Positions 1-12,330 of a stretch of DNA of 64,000 nucleotides are shown piece after piece. A model generated the notes under the pieces. The model saw nothing but the letters and a program-made list of their open reading frames with translations. It made no database searches and was not told where the DNA came from. The stretch comes from Mobula hypostoma (lineage: Eukaryota), in assembly GCF_963921235.1 (NCBI RefSeq), contig NC_086104.1, forward strand, positions 121,334,001 through 121,398,000. The letters run 5' to 3'. Within the stretch, counting starts at the first letter, position 1; each line of letters opens with the position of its first letter. The position numbers and the translations under genes were made by a program.

Positions 1-800
1 GGCTTCCTGTTTCCTCAATTCTGCCTTCCCCTCCACTTATCTTCATATCGTCTGCAAAATCAGCCACCATCTATTATTTCCGCCATCCAAATCATTAACA
101 TCTGACATGAAAAGAAGTAGTCCCAACACTAACTCCTGTGAAACTCGACTTGTCACCAGCATTCAACAAGAAAAGCCCCTTTTATCCATACAGTTTGCCT
201 CGCACCTCTCAGCCAATTTTGATCCATACCATTCTCATTCTCTTCCTTGGACTCTTATCCTCTTTAACAGCCTCATGTGCAGCACCTTGTTGAAGGCTTC
301 CTGAAATGCCAAGTAAACAATATCCACTGACTCTCCTTTGTCTATCCTGCCTGTTACTTCCTGAGAGGGTTCCAGCAGATTTGGCAGGCGAAATTTCCCC
401 TGAAGAAAATCGTGCTGAATTTTGCCTATTTTACCATGTGCCTCCAAGGATCTCGTAACTTAATCTCCAAAAATTTCCCAACCAATGAGGTCAGGTGAAC
501 AGAATGATCATTCCTAATGTCACCACAATCTCATCATCTACCTTTCAAAACCCTGGTGTGCCATCCATCTGGTCCAGGTGACTTATCTACCTCCAGACCT
601 TCTAGTTCCCAGTCACCTTCTCTTTAGTAAAAGCAATAACACTCAGTCCTGCCCCTACACTCTCAAATTTACAGTACACCTTGGGTGTCTTCCACAGTGA
701 AGACGGATGCAAGACACTTTGTGAGATGATTGGCCATTTCTTTGTCCCTCATTACCACCTCTCCAGTGTAATTTTACAGGATATCCACTCTTGCCTCTTG
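1..800 (-). mobile_element. Degraded CR1 LINE ORF2 (RT) fragment
   Basis: ORF 235-447 reads ...EVTGRIDKGESVDIVYLAFQEAFNKVLHMRLL, matching the CR1 RT region seen in better-preserved copies in this window (e.g. 24594-25688). Confidence 0.8.
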
Positions 801-934
801 TGGAGAAGTTGGGAGGATGGGACTGAGACAAATCAGCCATGACTGAATGAATTAGGGACTCAGTGGGCCGAATGGCCGTATTCTGCTCCTAAAACCTTTA
901 CTTCAACCCCAGGGTACAGAAGGGAAAGTCTCAC

Positions 935-1840
935 CTGCAATTACCATCTGCACAACCACGCTCATTGTGGTGTGCCACACCTGTCCTCCATCCTTCCTGG
1001 TGGACACTGGCTTCCGAAATGTCACCTGTAGCGGCTTTGACAACCTGTCTACTGGTATCTTCTGTCTGGGACAATCTACACCTGCAAAACACAGTGGGCA
1101 CACCTCAGAGCCAAGCCGCTCACCTTAGATCTGCATTTTTCCAAGGTCGGAAAGGTGCCCCGTGACTCTGTGACACAGTCACACACCATTGGGTCCGTCC
1201 CCCATGCCCACGATGCAGACAAGTGTTCTCCAAGGTTGCGAGGGTGCAGGCTCTGCACAGAATTCGGAGGCAGGGACGGCTGAAGGAGCTGGTGTCCGAA
1301 TGAAATGACAAGTGTCCCCATTGACCTGGCGAAGAGGAGTATTCTCGGCTAATGGGGTCAGGCTGTCTTCACCCTCAACTCTCCACCTTCACCACCCTAC
1401 TATCCCTTCACACATTCCTGGCAGCAGATAGAGAGTGAAGCTCCCTTCGCACCGTCGCATCACACAGACCATGCTTCAGAGACAAAGTGAAGCTCTCTCC
1501 ACAACATCCCATCACACACTCCCGGGCTCAGACACAGTGAAGCTCCCTCTGCATTGGAAAATACTTACCAGGAACAGATGCGACAATTACCACCAAGACA
1601 CAGACAGAGGAGGTAAAAAGGTTGAGGTCAGGAGACAGCCACGCAATTGCACCACCGCAGAATATCTGCCCAGATGTGGGGACGGGGTGGCAGGTGCCGG
1701 TCTGGCCTCCTCCCACCCTGTGACTCGGGAATGGGAGGGTGGACACTTTGCCCCGCTATAGCCAGTTGTCGGCGCCGCTCCACTCCCAGGAAATTTCACA
1801 AAATGTTTCACAGCCCCTGTCCCTCACCCACTGCACGTGG
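935..1840 (-). pseudogene. Three candidate degenerate exons (1569-1840, 1124-1325, 935-1081) of an unidentified secreted or membrane protein gene
   Basis: Non-repetitive GC-rich sequence with canonical sites on the minus strand (donors CTG|gtaagt, AAG|gtgagc, CAG|gtgaga; acceptors ttttcag, ttcgccag, ttttgcag). The first exon ends in a signal-peptide-like stretch (SSVCVLVVIVASVP-G, phase 1). The second contains C-x10-WC...WK. There are stops and frameshifts, and one intron is only 42 nt. Confidence 0.35.
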
Positions 1841-1999
1841 CTGAAAACATATAGAAAATCCTTCGAAAATAGACACGCCAAACAGGTAGGGTAAAAAAAT
1901 AGATATCAAGTCGTTTGAGAGAATTCAGTCAGTCAGTGCATCCGGCGAGGCAGCCAGGCGTCAGTCAGTGGCTCGTCGATGTAGGCGAGCACTCAGCCA

Positions 2000-2210
2000 G
2001 TATGTTCCTCTCTAAACTATTATTTATTGTAATGCCTGCTCTGTTTTGTGCGCTTTATGCAGTCCTGGGTAGGTCTGTAGTCTAGTGTAGTTTTTGTATT
2101 GTTCATGTAGCACTATGGTCCTGAAAAACGGTGTCGCGTTTTTACTATGTACTGTACCAGCAGTTGTGGTCGAAATGACAATAAAAAGTGAAGACTTGAC
2201 TTAACTTGAT
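2000..2210 (+). mobile_element. 3' end of a LINE with (ACTTG)n-type tail
   Basis: T-rich 3' UTR ending aataaaaagtgaagacttgacttaacttga. Confidence 0.5.
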
Positions 2211-2479
2211 GTTTCATGGGCCCGGAGATCACTTTGAGAACAAGACATCCCAACCCGCCGACACGTGGGGCTACGAGCGGAAAGACCCCAGCCCACCGAC
2301 TCCTGGGACTCGTACCTGCACAGCCAGGAGAGAAGACCTCCGCCTCACATCACCGTTGCCGCTGTCTCTAAGATCAGGACTGACCCCGTCCAGACCGGGT
2401 ATCGACTGGAACCTGGCGCTCCGGCGGCGAGTGGACAGGACGTGGGGAGTCACTCTGCTGCAGGAACAGTCACTGTCCG

Positions 2480-3355
2480 CAATCTCTCAGTCTCTCTCTC
2501 TCTTAACTCCGTCAGCAGACCCTGAGTCTCTCTCTCCACGCAGATCCGACTCTGTGGACTCTGTCTCTCCACACTCCCGGCACCGACTTTGAGGACGGCC
2601 TCTCTCTCCTAGCACGCTGCCAGCACAAACTCCATCGATACAGTAGACTGCCTTTCAGATTTTCTCTCTGCACTCACAGCACCGACTCGACCCCTCAGCG
2701 ATTCTCTCTCCACATCCGAAGGACCGACACTGTTTTATCACTCTCCCTTCCTCTCTCCCCAGCCTCCACCCCTGCACCTCGATTACTCTTTTTCATCGAT
2801 GCTGCGTTACCTGCCGAGGTTCTGTGCGTCTTGCTTTCGATTTCTAGCATCTGCAGAGTTTTCTGGTGTTTGTCGATTACGTTCTGTCTATTCTCTAAAA
2901 CACAAAACACTGTCGCTTTTTCTCAAATCGATGTGCCGACTCTGTCGAATACTCATCAGTCTCGCTCGCTCCACACTCCAAATACGAACTTTGTAAAATG
3001 TCTCTCAGTCTCTCTCTGTCTCCACATGTCTAACATCGCCCCGGACGACTACCTGTCCGTCTCTCTCGCTTTCCTCACTTGAAGCCCGACTCCAGCTCTC
3101 AGACTCGATTTTTCTCACTCACACAATTTCATGCAGCGACTCTATCGAAATACTCTCTCGTCGAAAATCTCTCCTGTCGAAATATCTCTCCCCGTCGACC
3201 ATCTCCCCTGTCGAGATATCTTTCCCCGTTGACAATCTCGCACCCTCGAACATCTCTCCCCGTCTAAAATATCTCTCCGTCGAAATATCTTTTCCCATCG
3301 AAGTATCGAGCCCCGTCGAACATCTCGCTCGGTCGAAAATCCCTCTCGTCCAAAC
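2480..3355. repeat. CT-rich, TCGA/CpG-rich degenerate satellite, including an ~18-bp minisatellite (gtcgaaatatctctcccc) at ~3145-3355
   Basis: Recurrent motifs (cacagcaccgactc, cagcctcgat, tctctctc) and about ten diverged copies of the 18-mer. Confidence 0.75.
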
Positions 3356-3359
3356 TATA

Positions 3360-6300
3360 CCTGCCGCCGCTACCGAATGAACTATCTGAAAGGTTGTTTG
3401 GTTATCTGTACATTATTGGCATTTCGGAAAGACGATCTATGAAGGTTATTTGGATATTTCATTGAGAGACTAATAAAAGAAGATAAGGAGATTTGTTCAT
3501 TATTGCATTTTATTGTTTTTTTTGGAAAGAAGATCTATGGTTCAAGTCTGACTGATTAAATGGTTACTCGGACATTCGACTGAGAAAAGAAGATAAAGCG
3601 ACTTGTTTCTTTAACCAAATATCTGGATTGATTTTTTTTGTTTCTATCTTAATTAACTAATTGGTAGTTTTTTCTACTATGTGGGTTCATTTTATATATA
3701 TATATTTAGGGGAGGGTTCAATTACTTATAATATTATTAATTGGTAGTTTTGAAAATTTACTTGGGTTAAATATGCTATTTACTTTTTTTCTGCCTTTTT
3801 CGGGCTTTGTGGAAAGGAAGGTGGGGTTAGAGTTAGGAATTTTTCCCATTGGGTGGTTCCGGAGCATGCGTGTATTCTATGTGGTTGTATTCTTCATCGC
3901 CGCCATTTTTGATCATCCCGTATTGGTATGTGCTCTGCGCATGTGTAAAGTAGAATAAAATTATTGTATGATATTTAAACGGATTAATGTAATAAGTTGG
4001 AATGTACGTGGTTGGAATCATCCTATCAAACGAAAAAAGATTTTTAAAATTATTAAACGATTCCAACCTGATATCATTTTTGCTCAAGAGACACATCAGG
4101 GCGGGTGATCAAAATGGATTTTTTGGATGCTGGAGGGGTGTGCAGTTTCACTCCACTTCTCAGAGTAAAACTAAGGGCGTGTCTATATTTATTAAATCCA
4201 ATATATTTACTCAAGAGGATATTGAGTCAGTGTTTAATAGTAGATATTTAATTGTTAAAGGAGTGATCTGTAACAGAAAAAGTTGTTTTGGTCAATCTGT
4301 ACGGTCCTAACTTAGATGAACTTTTTTTTTAAAAAGTTAATTGCTTTACTGCCTGCTATAAATGAATATTAGTTGATAATGGGCGAGGATTTTAACTGTT
4401 GTTTAAAACCTTTGATTGACAAGAGCTCAACCAATCAGCGACTTCCAAATCTCCCCGCGACACTTATTCACTCCTTTTTGACCAATTTTGGATTAATCGA
4501 ATTATGGAGGTATCTGCACCCTGATAACAGATTATATTATAATCTTGCCTAGTGTTAAAAATTGTGAATATGACGCTATTGCTATACCTGATCGTGCGCT
4601 TCTGAGTTTGTCTTTTGAATTTGACGATGTCATTCTTGCCCATCCACCATGGCCCATGTCTCAGACATTATTGTAAAACTCTGACTTTGTCGGTTTCTTT
4701 GAAACCCAGATAAAATAATTTTTTTACTTTTAATGATATAGGGGGTACGTCCAAATGAATTATATGGGATATATTAAAGCATTTTTACGTGGTCAGATCA
4801 TTTCTTATTCAGCTAATCTTAAATACAGACAAAAGCAGAATTAGATAAGATTTCAAAACCATTAAAGACTTCGATAATATTTATGCAATTTCCCCTAATA
4901 TTGATTTATTCAAACAAAGGGTGAATCTTCAATCACAATATAACCTATTATTAACTCATCCCGTTGAAGGCTATTTGCTTAAGTTAAAGAGCCGATTTTA
5001 TATTTTTGGAGATAAAAATAATAAACTGCTTGCATCTCAATTAAAAACGTCTAGAGCCAAAAGACAAATTTTGAAAGTTCGTAGGAAAGATGGTACCCTG
5101 GCTTGGGAATATGAAGAAATTAATAAGTTTTTATACTGAACTTTATAAATCTCAATGTCCAGTAGATTCTTCAGAAATGAATGCTTTCTTACAAAATATC
5201 GCTTTTCCTAAAATTTCTGATGAGGATCTTGATGCCCAAATTACGGAAACCGAAAGTTATAAAGCTATTTTTTCAATGCAATCTGGTAAGGCCCCGGGAC
5301 TTGATGGCTATGCTGTAGAATTTTATATAAGATTTGGAAAATTACTTTCTCCGTATATGTTGGAAATGTTTAAGGATTCTTTTGTGAAAGGTGATTTACC
5401 CTCTACTTTCTATGAGGCTTCTATTTCTTTAATTCTTAAAAAACATAAAGATCCTACTGACTGTGCTTCATATAGACCTATTTCATTACTGAATGTTGAC
5501 GCTAAGATTCTGCCAAAGATAATTGGCCAATCGGTTGGAGAATATTTTAGGTAAAATATTTTTAAAGATGAAACAGGCTTCATTAAGGGTCGTTATTCTT
5601 TTTCAAATGTTCGGAGACTATTTAACATTATATATTGGTTCTCTTTTAAAACTCCATAATGCATCGTCTCTTTGGATGCTGATAAAGTGTTTGATCGAGT
5701 CGAATGGAATTTTTTTTTAATGTTTTAGAGAAATTTGGCTTTGGTGTTAATTTTCATAATTAGATTAGAATGATATATAAAGCTCCTATTGCTACTGTTA
5801 TTACTAGCAACTGTAGGTCACCTTTTTTTCAGCTTTCACGGTGGACAAGACAAGGTTGTCCATTTAGTCCTTTGTTATTTAATTTAATATTAGAACCCTT
5901 TGCTATTGTTCTTCGTGAACCTAAAAATATTTATGAGATTTTTGTGAATGAGACAATTCATAAGATTTCTCTTTATGCTGATGATTTATTGCTTTATATA
6001 TCTAATCCTAAGGAATCTATTCCTGTCTTGCTAAAATTATTCAATGAATTTGGAGATTTTTCAGGATATAAAATAAATTTTAATTAAAGTGAATTGTTTC
6101 ATTTAAGTGAATCTGTCTCTATATATGATAATACTCCTTTCAAAGTCACGGATTCTTTTAGATATTTAGGTGTTATAATCACTAAAAAAAAGATCTTTAT
6201 GAAGCCAATTTTGTTCCCATGGTAGACTCTATGAAGTATTTATTTAGTAGATGGGGTCCACTTACATTTTAACTTGTTAGTCACATCCATATAGTCAAAA

Positions 6301-7979
6301 TGATGATTTTACCAACATTTTTACATTTAATTCAGAATATCCTTGTTTTTTGACTAAGAAGTTTTTTGATCGGATTGATTCTATTAGCTTATGTTATACT
6401 TCGAATAATAAAAGACCAAGAATTAGTAAATGTCACTTACAAATGTTGAAAAAGGATGGAGGTGTCGCTTTGCCTAAGTTAAGAATTTATTACTGGGCTG
6501 TTAATGTGCGATACATGTCCTTTTGGTTATATTCGGTTGAGAAGAACGATCGGCCAAATTGGGTAGACCAGGAATTGAAAGCTGTGAAACCGTTTTATTT
6601 AACCTCGTTATTGGGAGCTGCTTTACCTATACAATTAGCTAAAGTTGTTAATTTAAACTTATACCCTGTGATTAAGCATTCTTTACAAATTTGGCGCCAG
6701 TTCCACAATTATTTTAATCTTAAAAGTTTTAAACTTTGTAGTTTAATTTATCGAAATTACTTTTTTAAGCCTTCTTTGAGTGATCCAATTTTTTTACTTT
6801 GGAAAAATAAAGGTATTAATTCTTCTTTGGATTTATTTGAAGAAGATAGATTGATGTGTTTTGAACAATTAGTTGATACATATTCTCCTTCATAGTCACA
6901 CTTTTTACAATACATTCAAGTTAGACATTTTTTACAAAAATACTTAAGCAATTTTCCTTATATATTGGATGCTGACCTGTTAGATACTATTATGAGTATG
7001 AACCCTTCGATGAAGGGTTCTATTGGAAGAATTTATAATTTACTATTACAATGCTATTACAATACTATTAAATGAAAGCGTCCTTTATTTAAGATTAAAC
7101 AAGATTGGGTAAAGGATCTCAATTTGACTTTTATGACGGAGGACTGGACGCGGATTCTGAAGCTGGTTAACTCTTCTTTAATCTGCGCTAGTCATTCACT
7201 GATTCAATTTAAAATTGTACATCATTTCCATCTGACGAAGGAGAGACTGTCTAAAATATTTTCTAATGTTGATAGTTATTGTGATAGATGTAAAACTGAG
7301 ACATCTGCACTGACACACATGTTTTGTTCTTGTTCTATACTGGAACAGTTCTGGAAGCTAGTTTTTTTCGATAATTTCTAAAGCACTTAAAATTAAGTTA
7401 CAGCCTAACAAATTAAATGTGCTTTTTGGAATAATTCCTCAAAATATCCGTGGTATCTCTGTGTCTGACCAACACGCTATTGCATTTGTTACATTGGATG
7501 CTAGGAATGCCATTTTGTTGAAGTGGAAGGATACATCAGTTCCCATTTTATCATAATGGTTCTCGCAAGTTGTGCTATGTCTTATTTTGGAGAAAATTCG
7601 AAGTCGAACCTTTCAACCTAAATGTCTAATTTTGAGAAAAGATGGGGTTCATTTGCTCGTTATTATCATTTGAGTTAATTGATAGATTTCCTCCACGATC
7701 TAATTGTAAATTTTTGGTACATTTTTTTTCTTGCTGGCAGTTTGATGTTAATCTTTAGAAGCTTTTTGTATGAGCATGGCTCCGAGGTTGAACACCTAAT
7801 AGGGTTTTTTTCCCCCACTTTTTCTTGCTGAGTAGGGTTTTTTTATTATCACCAAAAATTTTTCAATCTTTAAAATTATGGTTTTTTTTCTTGAGACATT
7901 CTGAGCGTTGCTTACTTCGATGTACTCATGTTAATTTTGGATAATCATAAGAATACAAAGATTTGAAAAGAAAAAAAAT
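3360..7979 (+). mobile_element. L1/Tx1-clade LINE, ORF2 (APE endonuclease + RT), 5'-truncated and frameshifted
   Basis: Fragments QSKTKGVSIFI (EN), MQSGKAPGLDGYAVEFY, YRPISLLNVDAKIL, TRQGCPFSPLLF, ISLYADDLLLYI, CDRCKTETSALTHMFCSC; ends in an A-rich tail at ~7975. Confidence 0.92.
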
Positions 7980-8018
7980 CCCTCTCTTCGAAAATCTCTG
8001 TCTCTCCCCGTCCCACCT

Positions 8019-8020
<2 letters not shown>

Positions 8021-8075
<55 letters not shown>
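8021..8075. repeat. (CA)n microsatellite
   Basis: Perfect CA run. Confidence 0.98.
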
Positions 8076-8077
<2 letters not shown>

Positions 8078-8902
8078 TACCAACTCTGATGATTCTCTCT
8101 CTCTCTGCCCTTCCGTTCGATCACTATTTCTCACCAATCGAATCACCGACTGCCGACTACCAGTCAGTCTCTCTTTAACTCTCTCACCAACCCTAAGCGA
8201 TGACTCTCCCCCTCTCCACAATAAAGCAGAGACTCTTCTGAATACCTTTCAGACTCTTTCCCTTTTTCCCTACACTTCCGGCACCGATCCTTTCGAATGC
8301 TTCCCAACTTGTCTCTCTCCACAGCACCGCCACCGAGGACTGTCTGTCTCTAACTCGCTCTCCCTCAGCGCTCGGAGCCCCGACTGTGCCCCCGCTCCGC
8401 CTCGATAGCAGGTTCTGCAATGTCGAAACAACGATGGGTTGAGTGTTTCTCAGTTTCTCACTCCGCACTCCGACTCAGTCCGTTATCGACCACCTCTCAG
8501 TATTCTTTCTCAACTCGCAGCCCCGGCTTTTGCCTTCAGCCTCGATCACTCCCTCTCTCCACAATCACAGCACCAACTCTGTCGAACATCTATCAGTCTC
8601 TCTCTCTCTCACCACTTCCGGCTCCGATTCTATAGACTGCCTCTCAGTCTTTCTCTCGACAATCACAGCACCGACTCTGACGATTCTCTGTCTCTCCAGT
8701 CGTAACGCAGACTACGGCACTTGGCCTCGATTTTTCTCACTCACATAATTCCATGCAGCGACTCTGTCGAAATTCTCTCTCGTCGAAATATCTCTCTCTC
8801 CCTCTACCCACAATACCGACTCTATGAAGTGATTCTGAGTCTCTCCCTCTAGATTCCCATTACACACTCTGACAACCGCACCTGTCTCTCTCACTGACAG
8901 TC

Positions 8903-9037
8903 NNNNNNNNNNNNNNNNNNNNNNNNNNNNNNNNNNNNNNNNNNNNNNNNNNNNNNNNNNNNNNNNNNNNNNNNNNNNNNNNNNNNNNNNNNNNNNNNNN
9001 NNNNNNNNNNNNNNNNNNNNNNNNNNNNNNNNNNNNN
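8903..9037. other. Assembly gap (135 N)
   Basis: Run of N; same length as the gap at 39676-39810, so probably a placeholder size. Confidence 1.
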
Positions 9038-9200
9038 GATGCTGGAAATCCAAAGCAAAAACACAATGTGCCGGAGGAACTCAGCAGACCAGGCAGCATC
9101 TATGGAGCAAAGTAAACAGTTGACTTTTCGGATCGAGACCGTGCATCAGGGCCTACGAAGGGTCTTGGCACGAAACAGCGACTGTTCCTCTGGCATTTTC
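9038..9200. mobile_element. Penelope pseudo-LTR remnants in back-to-back orientation (second copy at ~10630-10730)
   Basis: gatgctggaaatcc...caggcagcatctatgg followed by two oppositely oriented degenerate CTGANGA...GAAA motifs. Confidence 0.65.
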
Positions 9201-9829
9201 TGTACTTGTCAGCCTCGCTCTCTCTCCTCTCGCAGCCAAGGCTTCGGCCCTCAGCCTCGATAACTGTCCCTCTCCCCTATCAAAGTCCGGCTCTGTCGAC
9301 CGTCTCTCAGTATCTTTCTCAACTCGCAGCTCCGGCTCTTGCCTTCAGCCTCGATCACTCCCTCTCTCCACAACCGATGTTACCGACTCTGTCGAATATC
9401 TATCAGACTCTCCCTCTCCACTTCCGGCACGGATTCTGTCGACAGCCTCTCAGTCTGTCTCTCTCCACAAGGCACCGAGTCTGACGACTCTCCGTCCACA
9501 GTCCGAGCGCAGACTGCGGCCCCCAGCCTCGATTACACTCTCTCTCTCTCTCTCTCTCCACTATCGAAACACGCACTCCGTCGATTGTTTCTCGGCCTCT
9601 CCCTCTCCCTCTCCACACGCCTACCATCGTCAAGTGTCACCACCTCTCGGTATCTGTCTCGACTCGCAGCGCGACTCCCGCGTCATCCTCGACTACTCTG
9701 TCTCTCTGTCTCTCTGTCTCTCTGTCTCTCTCTCTCTCTCTCTCTGTCTCTCTGTCTCTCTCTCTCTCTCTCTCTCGCTCGCTACTGTCGAGCAGGAATG
9801 CGTGATTAATGTACCAGGTTTTCGAAGAT

Positions 9830-10310
9830 CGGGGAGGTAAAAGAGAGTGGGACAGGTACACTACTAATCAGGGACAATATCACAGGGGAGACATAGTAGA
9901 GGGGTCGGACACAGTTCATTCGGATAGAACTCAGCAACAGGAAGGGTGCAATCACCCTGATGGGGTTGCAGTAAAGACCCCTAATAGCCACCGGAACATT
10001 GAGGAACAGATATGTAGTCAGATGAATGAAATGTGTAAAAATAATAGGTTTGTTCTCAACGGGATTCCCTCATATAAGCTGGGACCTACTCAGTGCCAGG
10101 GTTTTAGATGCGGCAGAATTTAAGTGTATTCATGAAAATTTCTCAAATCGATAAGGAGATGAAGAAATTTGGATATGGAATAGGTAATAGAGATTAGTGT
10201 TTGAGTGTTTTTAATTTGCTTTTTTAGCTGGTTCAGCACAACATTGTGGGCCGAATGGCCTGTTCCTGTGCGGTGCTGTTCAATGTTCGATATTCTATGA
10301 AACCGAATCT
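9830..10310 (+). mobile_element. CR1 fragments (endonuclease region and 3' tail)
   Basis: ...PNSHRNIEEQICSQMNEMCKNNRFV matches CR1 EN (compare 36653-37027); tail gcacaacattgtgggccgaatggcctg...ttctatg. Confidence 0.75.
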
Positions 10311-10734
10311 GTCGAGTGTTTCGCAATGTCACTTTCCACACCCCCATTACCCACTTTGACAACTCTCTCTCTGTCTCTCTGTCTGTCTGTCTCTCTCTCT
10401 CTTCACATGCCGAACTCCGACGATTCCGCGGCCTCTCGATTTGTATCTTCTCTCGCAGCTAAACCTCGGCTCTCAGCCTCGATTACTCTCTTTTCGCTAC
10501 ATGTTGAAACTCTGATTCCGTGCACTGTTTCTCGGTCCGTCTGTCTGACTGTGTCTCTCTCTACACCCACTATCCACACCGGCGAGTGATTCTCAGTCTC
10601 TCTCTCTCTCTCTCTATGTTCCCATTACACAACATCCCGGAGGAGCTCAGCAGTCCAGGCAGCATCTATAGAAAAGAGTGAACAGTCGAGTTTGCGGGTC
10701 GAGACCGTGCATCAGGGCCTCAGAAGGGTCATAC

Positions 10735-11875
10735 ACATGAGTTAAAGTTCCATCTTCCACCCTACCCTCAAATTTACTTAACCATTTTCAGCACCTCCCT
10801 TCCCTTTCTGAATCTCTCTGTATCCATCTCTGGAGACAGTCTACCTACTGATATCGTTTATAAACCCACTGATTCTCAGAGCTACCTGGACTATACCTCT
10901 TCCTTCGCTATCACTTGTAAAAAATGCCATCCGCTTCTCTCAGTTCCTCAGTCTCTGCCGCACCGCACTATCCTCCACGTCCAGCACATTCTTCTCCATA
11001 AGTTCTGCATCCCCCACCACCAAGCACATCTTTTCCTGCCTGTCCTCCGACTCTCTGCAGGGATCTCTCCCTACACAACTCACTTGCCCACTTGCCCACT
11101 TGCCCCTCCCCACTGATCAACCTCCTGGCACGTACTTATCCTTCCAAGTGGAACAAGTACCATACCTGTGCCTACATCTCCTCCCTCACTACCATTGGGC
11201 TCCAAACATTTACCTCCAGGTGAGGTAACCTTTCACCTGCAAGTCTGGTGGGGTCATCTACTGTGTCCATTGCTCCTAGTGTGTCCTCCTGTACATCAGT
11301 GAGACCCAACGTAGATCGGGAGACCGCTCCGACGAGTACCTGTGCTCTATCTGCCAGGAAAGGTGGGATTTCCCTACTCCCATTCCCATTCCAAACTGTG
11401 AGTGAATGGCCTCTTCTAATGCTGTGATGAAGCCTTACTCAGGTTGGAGGAGCAACACCTTGTATTCCGTCCATCCTGATGGCATGAACACTGATTCCCT
11501 GAACTTCCAGTAACTGCCTCCACCTTCTTCTTTAACACTTCCCACTCCTATTTCCCTTTCACCTCATCTCCTTACTTGCCCATCACCTCTGTCCAGTGCT
11601 CCAACTTCTTCCCTTTCTTCCATGGTAATCTATAGTCTCCTATCAAATATCCCTTCTCCAGCCCTTTATCCTCCAGTTTCACATATCACCTGCCACCTTG
11701 TACTTTTCCTCCCCTCCCCACACCGTTTTACTTTGACTTCCCTCCTTCCTTTCCAGTCCTGAAGTAGGATCTTGGCTGAAAAAGTCGATTGTTTACTCTT
11801 TTCCATACATGCTGCCTGGCCTGCCGAGTTCCTCCTGCATTTGAATGGGTTGCTTTGGATTTCCAGCACCTGCAA
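10735..11875 (+). mobile_element. Degraded Penelope-like element (RT end, GIY-YIG region, pseudo-LTR)
   Basis: Co-linear with the better-preserved copy at 22505-23590. Confidence 0.8.
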
Positions 11876-11889
11876 ATGCACACACTAGG

Positions 11890-12330
11890 AAATCTGCAGA
11901 TGCTGGAATTTCAAGCAACGCACATCAAAGTTGCTGGTGAACGCAGCAGGCCAGGCAGCATCTCTAGGAAGAGGTACAGTCGACGTTTCGGGCCGAGACC
12001 CTTCATCAGGACCAACTGAAGGAAGAGTTAGTAAGAGATTTGAAAGTGGGAGGGGGAGGGGGAGATCCGAAATGATAGAAGACAGGAGGGGGAGGGATGG
12101 AACCAAGAGCTGGACAGTTGATTGGCAAAAGGGATATGAGAAGATCATGGGACAGGAGGTCTGGGGAGAAATAAAAGGGGGGGGGAGCCAAGAGGATGGG
12201 AAAGGGGTATAGTGAGAGAGAGAGCGGGAGAAAAGGGGGAGAGAGAAAAAAAGAATGTGTGTATATAAATAAATAACGGATGGGGTACGAGCGGGAGGTG
12301 GGGCATTAGCGGAAGTTTGAGAAGTCAATG
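11890..12330 (-). mobile_element. Penelope 3' end / pseudo-LTR
   Basis: Near-identical reverse complement of 23150-23590. Confidence 0.88.
11977..12014 (-). ncRNA. Minimal type-I hammerhead ribozyme in Penelope pseudo-LTR
   Basis: Minus strand ggtc-CTGATGA-agggtctcggccc-GAAA-c-GTC-gact: intact core, stem II and GUC cleavage triplet. Confidence 0.8.

Larger units (their letters stand above)
8076..10625. repeat. Further blocks of the same CT/TCGA-rich satellite (8076-8902, 9205-9800, 10325-10625), interrupted by a gap and TE fragments
   Basis: Same motifs as 2480-3355 (cagcctcgatcactc, ctctgtcgaa, cacagcaccgactc). Confidence 0.7.

Noticed and set aside
3145-3355. CRISPR-like regular repeats
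   Set aside because: Degenerate head-to-tail minisatellite without unique spacers, in a eukaryotic context.
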